From: a bacterium
Lineage (GTDB): Bacteria; UBA8248
NCBI GenBank assembly: GCA_963692865.2
Contig: OY843592.1
Coordinates: 864,001-928,000 of the forward strand
DNA length: 64,000 nucleotides
Direction of reading: 5' to 3'
Each line of letters starts with the position of its first letter. Within the stretch, counting starts at the first letter, position 1. The position numbers and the translations under genes are program-made. Under the pieces are notes generated by a model. The model searched no databases and was not told the DNA's origin. It worked only from the letters and a program-made list of their open reading frames with translations. Below are positions 59,889 through 64,000 of this stretch, in pieces.

Positions 59889-60536
59889 GTGAGTAAATTC
59901 ACCAGGTTCATGTTCATGATCGCATTGTTGCCTTTATGGGTGAATGGGTGCGTGCCCGCGGCGGTGGTGGTCGCCCAGAAGGGCATAAAGAGCGCATTCG
60001 AGGACCGTTCCCTCAGCTGGCAGGTTGAGGATGCGAAAATACATGCGAACCTTCTGCAAGAGTATGTGCGCGTCGATAGCGGCCTGCCGGTGGACGTGAA
60101 CACGGACGTGTGGGAAGGAAGGGTGTTGTTGACCGGAATGGTGGATTCGGAGAAAAAACGAGACGCCGTTTTAAGCATTACGCGGGGCGACCCCAGAATC
60201 AAAGCCGTCTACGATCATATCCTAATCGGTGCTTCACCCGAGGTGGCGCGCAACCGCGAAGAGGCGAAGACGCCGAAGGCCGAGGAGCGCGATATCGTCA
60301 AGGTCAGCCGCATCGCCAGTGATGCGTGGATAGAGGCCAAACTCAAAGCCCAGTTCCTGGCGGCCGAGGGCGTAAGTTCCGTGAATTATCGCTGGCAGTC
60401 CGTGCGAAACAAGGTATACATCATCGGTCGGGCAAGGACGGGGGGCGAAAAGAAACTGGTCCTCCAGATAATTCGCGAAACGAAGGGCGTGATTCATCTC
60501 GAAGAATATATTCAGGTAAAACCGATTCGAAAATAA
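59889..60536 (+). CDS. Dual-BON domain lipoprotein (DolP/YraP-like)
   Basis: Lipobox VNGC; DR...Q.ED..I, EGRVLLTG.V and DAWI..K.K motifs. Confidence 0.85.
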   Translation: MSKFTRFMFMIALLPLWVNGCVPAAVVVAQKGIKSAFEDRSLSWQVEDAKIHANLLQEYVRVDSGLPVDVNTDVWEGRVLLTGMVDSEKKRDAVLSITRGDPRIKAVYDHILIGASPEVARNREEAKTPKAEERDIVKVSRIASDAWIEAKLKAQFLAAEGVSSVNYRWQSVRNKVYIIGRARTGGEKKLVLQIIRETKGVIHLEEYIQVKPIRK

Positions 60537-60574
60537 AATTCCTGAAAATTTCCTTTCAAGTGGTTCTCGAATAG

Positions 60575-61588
60575 ATGATTCGTTTGAGTGTTTTGGATCA
60601 ATCTCCCATACGCTCGGGAGGCACGGCGGCGGACGCCATCGGTGAGACCGTCGAGTTGGCGCAAATCGCCGAGCGTCTGGGCTATCATCGCTATTGGCTG
60701 GCGGAACACCACAGCCACGGGGCGTTCGCGGGCACGTCGCCTGAAATTCTGATCGGCCGGATCGCCGCGACGACGGAGACGATTCGCGTGGGGTCGGGCG
60801 GAGTCATGCTCAGTCACTACAGCGCGCTCAAGGTGGCCGAGTCGTTCCGGGTGCTGGAAACGCTCTACCCGGGGCGCATCGATTTGGGTTTGGGCCGCGC
60901 CCCCGGGGCCGACAGACTCACGTCTGCGGCTTTGGCGCCCGAGCAGAGTGGTTTTCGCTACGACGATTTCCCGCAAAAAGTTTCTGACCTTAGAGGCTGG
61001 GTTGAAGGGTCGTTGCCGGGGGATCATCCCTTCGCCCGGATAAGCGCCATGCCCGCCGGAGAGACGGCGCCCGAGATGTGGCTCCTGGGAACCTCGGATC
61101 AAAGCGCGATCCTCGCCGCTCATTTTGGCTGCGCGTTTTCTTTCGCGCATTTCATCAACACGTATGGCAGCGTCCAGGTCATGGATATGTACCGCAGGGA
61201 TTTTCGGCCGTCGGCCAGATGCAAAGCGCCTACGGGGAGTCTTGCGGTTTTCGTGATTTGCGCGCCGAGCGAAGAAGAAGCGCTCTACCACGCGGCCAGC
61301 AGGCCTCTGGTGATGCTCAGGAGCCGCCGAGGCGAGGGAGGCGGCGTGCCCACGCCCGAGGAGGCGCTCGCCTACCCGTGGACGAACATGGAGCGCGCCT
61401 TCGCTCAGGATATCGACAGCAGAACCATCGCGGGAGATCCGGAGCAGGTCAAGAAAAGGCTCGAAGCACTGGCTTCCGAGCACGAGGTCGATGAACTCGT
61501 CATCGTGAACGTGATGCACAGCTTCGAGGCCCGGGTGAAATCCTACGAACTCCTGGCGGAGGTTTTCGGGTTGGAAGGAAACCTCTAA
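60575..61588 (+). CDS. LLM-class flavin-dependent oxidoreductase (YhbW-like)
   Basis: LSVLDQSP, YWLAEHH, RVGSGGVML.HY and PGRIDLGLGRAPG motifs. Confidence 0.92.
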   Translation: MIRLSVLDQSPIRSGGTAADAIGETVELAQIAERLGYHRYWLAEHHSHGAFAGTSPEILIGRIAATTETIRVGSGGVMLSHYSALKVAESFRVLETLYPGRIDLGLGRAPGADRLTSAALAPEQSGFRYDDFPQKVSDLRGWVEGSLPGDHPFARISAMPAGETAPEMWLLGTSDQSAILAAHFGCAFSFAHFINTYGSVQVMDMYRRDFRPSARCKAPTGSLAVFVICAPSEEEALYHAASRPLVMLRSRRGEGGGVPTPEEALAYPWTNMERAFAQDIDSRTIAGDPEQVKKRLEALASEHEVDELVIVNVMHSFEARVKSYELLAEVFGLEGNL

Positions 61589-61710
61589 GGCCTTAGACCC
61601 GAAAGAATGGTTCTGCTACGCTTCGCTGACAAACATGAGATTCATTTTCCGCTCACTCGTGAGCGACGATGTGCCTTGTGTTCACTTATATACTACTCAA
61701 GGAGTTATTC

Positions 61711-62208
61711 ATGGCGCTTTCCGCAGTAATCACGACGAGCCGTGGCGAGATACGGCTCGATTTGCACGAAGACAAGGCGCCCGTAACGGTGGCCAGTTTC
61801 GTGAACCTCTCCCGGCGGGGCTTCTACGACGGTCTGATTTTTCACCGCGTGATCCCTGATTTCATGATTCAGGGCGGCTGTCCTTTGGGCTCGGGAACGG
61901 GTGGTCCCGGCTACAAATTCGAAGACGAGTGCTCTCCCGACCTTCCCCATGACGGCCCGGGCGTTCTTTCGATGGCGAATGCGGGCCCTGGCACCAACGG
62001 CTCCCAGTTTTTCATCACGCACGTGCCCACCGCCTGGCTCGACGGGAACCACACCGTTTTTGGCCGAGTCACTTCCGGGCAGGACGTGGTGGATGCGATT
62101 GAGCAGGGTGACGGGATTGATAAAATCGAGATCGAAGGCGACGCCTCAGAGTTGCTCGAAGCGCAAAAAGACAGGATTACAGAGTGGAACAAGGCGCTGG
62201 ATGGTTAG
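61711..62208 (+). CDS. Cyclophilin-type peptidyl-prolyl cis-trans isomerase
   Basis: [32 protein letters not shown] and WLDG.HTVFG motifs; AAGGAG RBS. Confidence 0.95.
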   Translation: MALSAVITTSRGEIRLDLHEDKAPVTVASFVNLSRRGFYDGLIFHRVIPDFMIQGGCPLGSGTGGPGYKFEDECSPDLPHDGPGVLSMANAGPGTNGSQFFITHVPTAWLDGNHTVFGRVTSGQDVVDAIEQGDGIDKIEIEGDASELLEAQKDRITEWNKALDG

Positions 62209-62212
62209 GATA

Positions 62213-64000
62213 TTAAGCGTGTTTTCTGGCCTTTAGTTCCGTTCTACGCAATCGGAAGATTTCAGGGGTTACTTCCAGACATTCACCCTCGCGCAGGAAT
62301 TCGAGCGCTTCTTCCAGGCTGAATCGCTTGGGCGGGATGAGTTGAGCGGATATGTCGGCGTGGGCTGCCCGGATGTTGGTGAGTTTCTTCTCCTTCGAGA
62401 TGTTCACGAACATGTCCTGTTCGCGGTTGTTCTCGCCGATGATCATTCCTTCATAGACTTCTTCTGTAGGCGCGACGAAAAGAGTTCCGCGCTCTTGGAT
62501 GTTTTCCACCGCGTATGACGTGGTTTTGCCCGCGCGGTCCGATATCAATGCGCCCGTCGTTCTGCCCGGAAGCTCGCCCGCCCATTCACTCCACCCAGCG
62601 AAAATGTGGGTGAGTATACCTGTTCCCCGTGTCTGGGTGAGGAATTCGTTACGATAGCCGATGAGGCCCCGGCTGGGGATGGAAAAATCGAGCCGCGCGC
62701 GCCCTTTGCCGTGGTTGATCATCCTGGTCATTTTCCCTTTGCGCGCGCCCATGCTCTGCGTGACGGCGCCGATGAATTCTTCCGGAACGTCCACCACCAC
62801 GTTTTCCATGGGCTCCAGGGTCTTGCCGCCTTCTTTACGCGTAATGACCTCGGGCCGGCCGACGGTGAGCTCGTATAGTTCGCGCCTGAGTTGCTCGATC
62901 AGCACGGCGAGTTGCAAAGAACCTCGTCCGGATACGCGTAAGGCGTCCGCAGTATTGGTCTCCTCGACTTTGATGGCTACATTATTTCTTGCCTCTCGCT
63001 GGAGCCGCTCTCGAATCTGACGCGAAGTGAGGTATTTCCCACTGCGACCCGCCAGGGGGGTATCGTTGATTCTGAAATTCATGGCGATAGTGGGTTCATC
63101 TACAGTAATGGCGGGCAGCGCAACCGGGTTGTCCACATCCGCGATGGTGTCCCCGATTTCCAGGTGCTCTAAGCCGGCTATTGCAACGATATCGCCGCCG
63201 CGTGCTTCTTCCATTTGGTAGCGACTCAATCCTTCATAACCGAATATAGAAACGATCTCCCCTTTCGTCTTTCTCTCCTCGCTCCCCAAAACCAAAGCTT
63301 GGGTCTTTGATTTTAGTTGTCCATTCCAAATTCGGCCGATGGAGAGACGGCCCACGTAATTATCGTATTCAAGGCGGGAGACGAGCATCTGAAGTGGTTT
63401 GTCTGCGTCGTATGAGGGTGGTGGTATCGTGTTCTCAAGGGTATGAAACAAGGGCTCCAGAGTTGGAGAGAGCTCGCCGGGTTCGGAACCGACCCTGCCC
63501 TCCCGCGCAACGGCGTAGAGCACGGGAAAATCGAGTTGGGCTTCACTAGCGTCCAGATCGATGAACAGATCGTAGATTTCGTCGAGTACTTGTTCCGGTC
63601 TTGCATCTGAGCGGTCGATTTTGTTGATGACGACGACGAAGGGGAGTTCTTGCTCCAGTGCCTTGCCGACGACGAACCGCGTCTGCGGCAGGGGGCCTTC
63701 CGAAGCGTCGACTAATAGCATCACGCCATCCACCATCAAGAGGACGCGCTCCACCTCGCCGCCGAAATCCGCATGACCCGGTGTGTCGACGATGTTGTAG
63801 CGTATTCCGTTAAAATCGATGGCGCAGTTTTTCGCCATGATGGTGATACCCTTCTCACGCTCGAGATCCATCGAATCGAGTACGCGCTCCGCCACTGCTT
63901 GCCCCTCGCGGAAGATGCCGCTTTGCCAGAGCATGGCGTCCACGATGGTGGTTTTGCCATGATCAACGTGGGCGATGATAGCGAGATTTCTCAGGTCGGT
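62213..64000 (-). CDS. typA: Translational GTPase TypA/BipA (5' end beyond the window)
   Basis: [39 protein letters not shown] and GRG.LQL motifs. Confidence 0.95.
   Translation of the reverse strand, partial: TDLRNLAIIAHVDHGKTTIVDAMLWQSGIFREGQAVAERVLDSMDLEREKGITIMAKNCAIDFNGIRYNIVDTPGHADFGGEVERVLLMVDGVMLLVDASEGPLPQTRFVVGKALEQELPFVVVINKIDRSDARPEQVLDEIYDLFIDLDASEAQLDFPVLYAVAREGRVGSEPGELSPTLEPLFHTLENTIPPPSYDADKPLQMLVSRLEYDNYVGRLSIGRIWNGQLKSKTQALVLGSEERKTKGEIVSIFGYEGLSRYQMEEARGGDIVAIAGLEHLEIGDTIADVDNPVALPAITVDEPTIAMNFRINDTPLAGRSGKYLTSRQIRERLQREARNNVAIKVEETNTADALRVSGRGSLQLAVLIEQLRRELYELTVGRPEVITRKEGGKTLEPMENVVVDVPEEFIGAVTQSMGARKGKMTRMINHGKGRARLDFSIPSRGLIGYRNEFLTQTRGTGILTHIFAGWSEWAGELPGRTTGALISDRAGKTTSYAVENIQERGTLFVAPTEEVYEGMIIGENNREQDMFVNISKEKKLTNIRAAHADISAQLIPPKRFSLEEALEFLREGECLEVTPEIFRLRRTELKARKHA

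Overview
A 64-kb, high-GC chromosomal stretch from a diderm bacterium. The gene style suggests a deltaproteobacterial or Nitrospinota/Tectomicrobia-like lineage, but that is inference only. About 50 mostly housekeeping and metabolic CDS are present: fba-fbp, bioD, nagA, anmK-slt, the tolQRAB-pal-cpoB operon, ligA, galU, two CNNM/CorB genes, a tungsten AOR-family operon, glyA, a cyclophilin and a partial typA. No rRNA, tRNA, CRISPR array, transposase or integrase was seen. The most striking structure is non-coding. About ten intergenic loci are mosaics built from a shared kit: (i) non-autonomous elements with GGGGTTGTTGAAAAAG-type terminal inverted repeats, several with 3-5 bp target duplications and each with different cargo; (ii) a ~190-bp covarying structured palindromic element; (iii) GTAG-type, CGTC-type and CTCA(C/T)CCTGAGTAG-type REP-like doublets. 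These units are nested inside one another. Accessory genes include a frameshifted RelE/Gp49 toxin with an XRE antitoxin, bracketed by inverted repeats, and two low-GC orphans: a GIY-YIG-like ORF and a DarT-like ADP-ribosyltransferase-like ORF that is preceded by 12-bp-periodic repeats resembling integrase arm sites.
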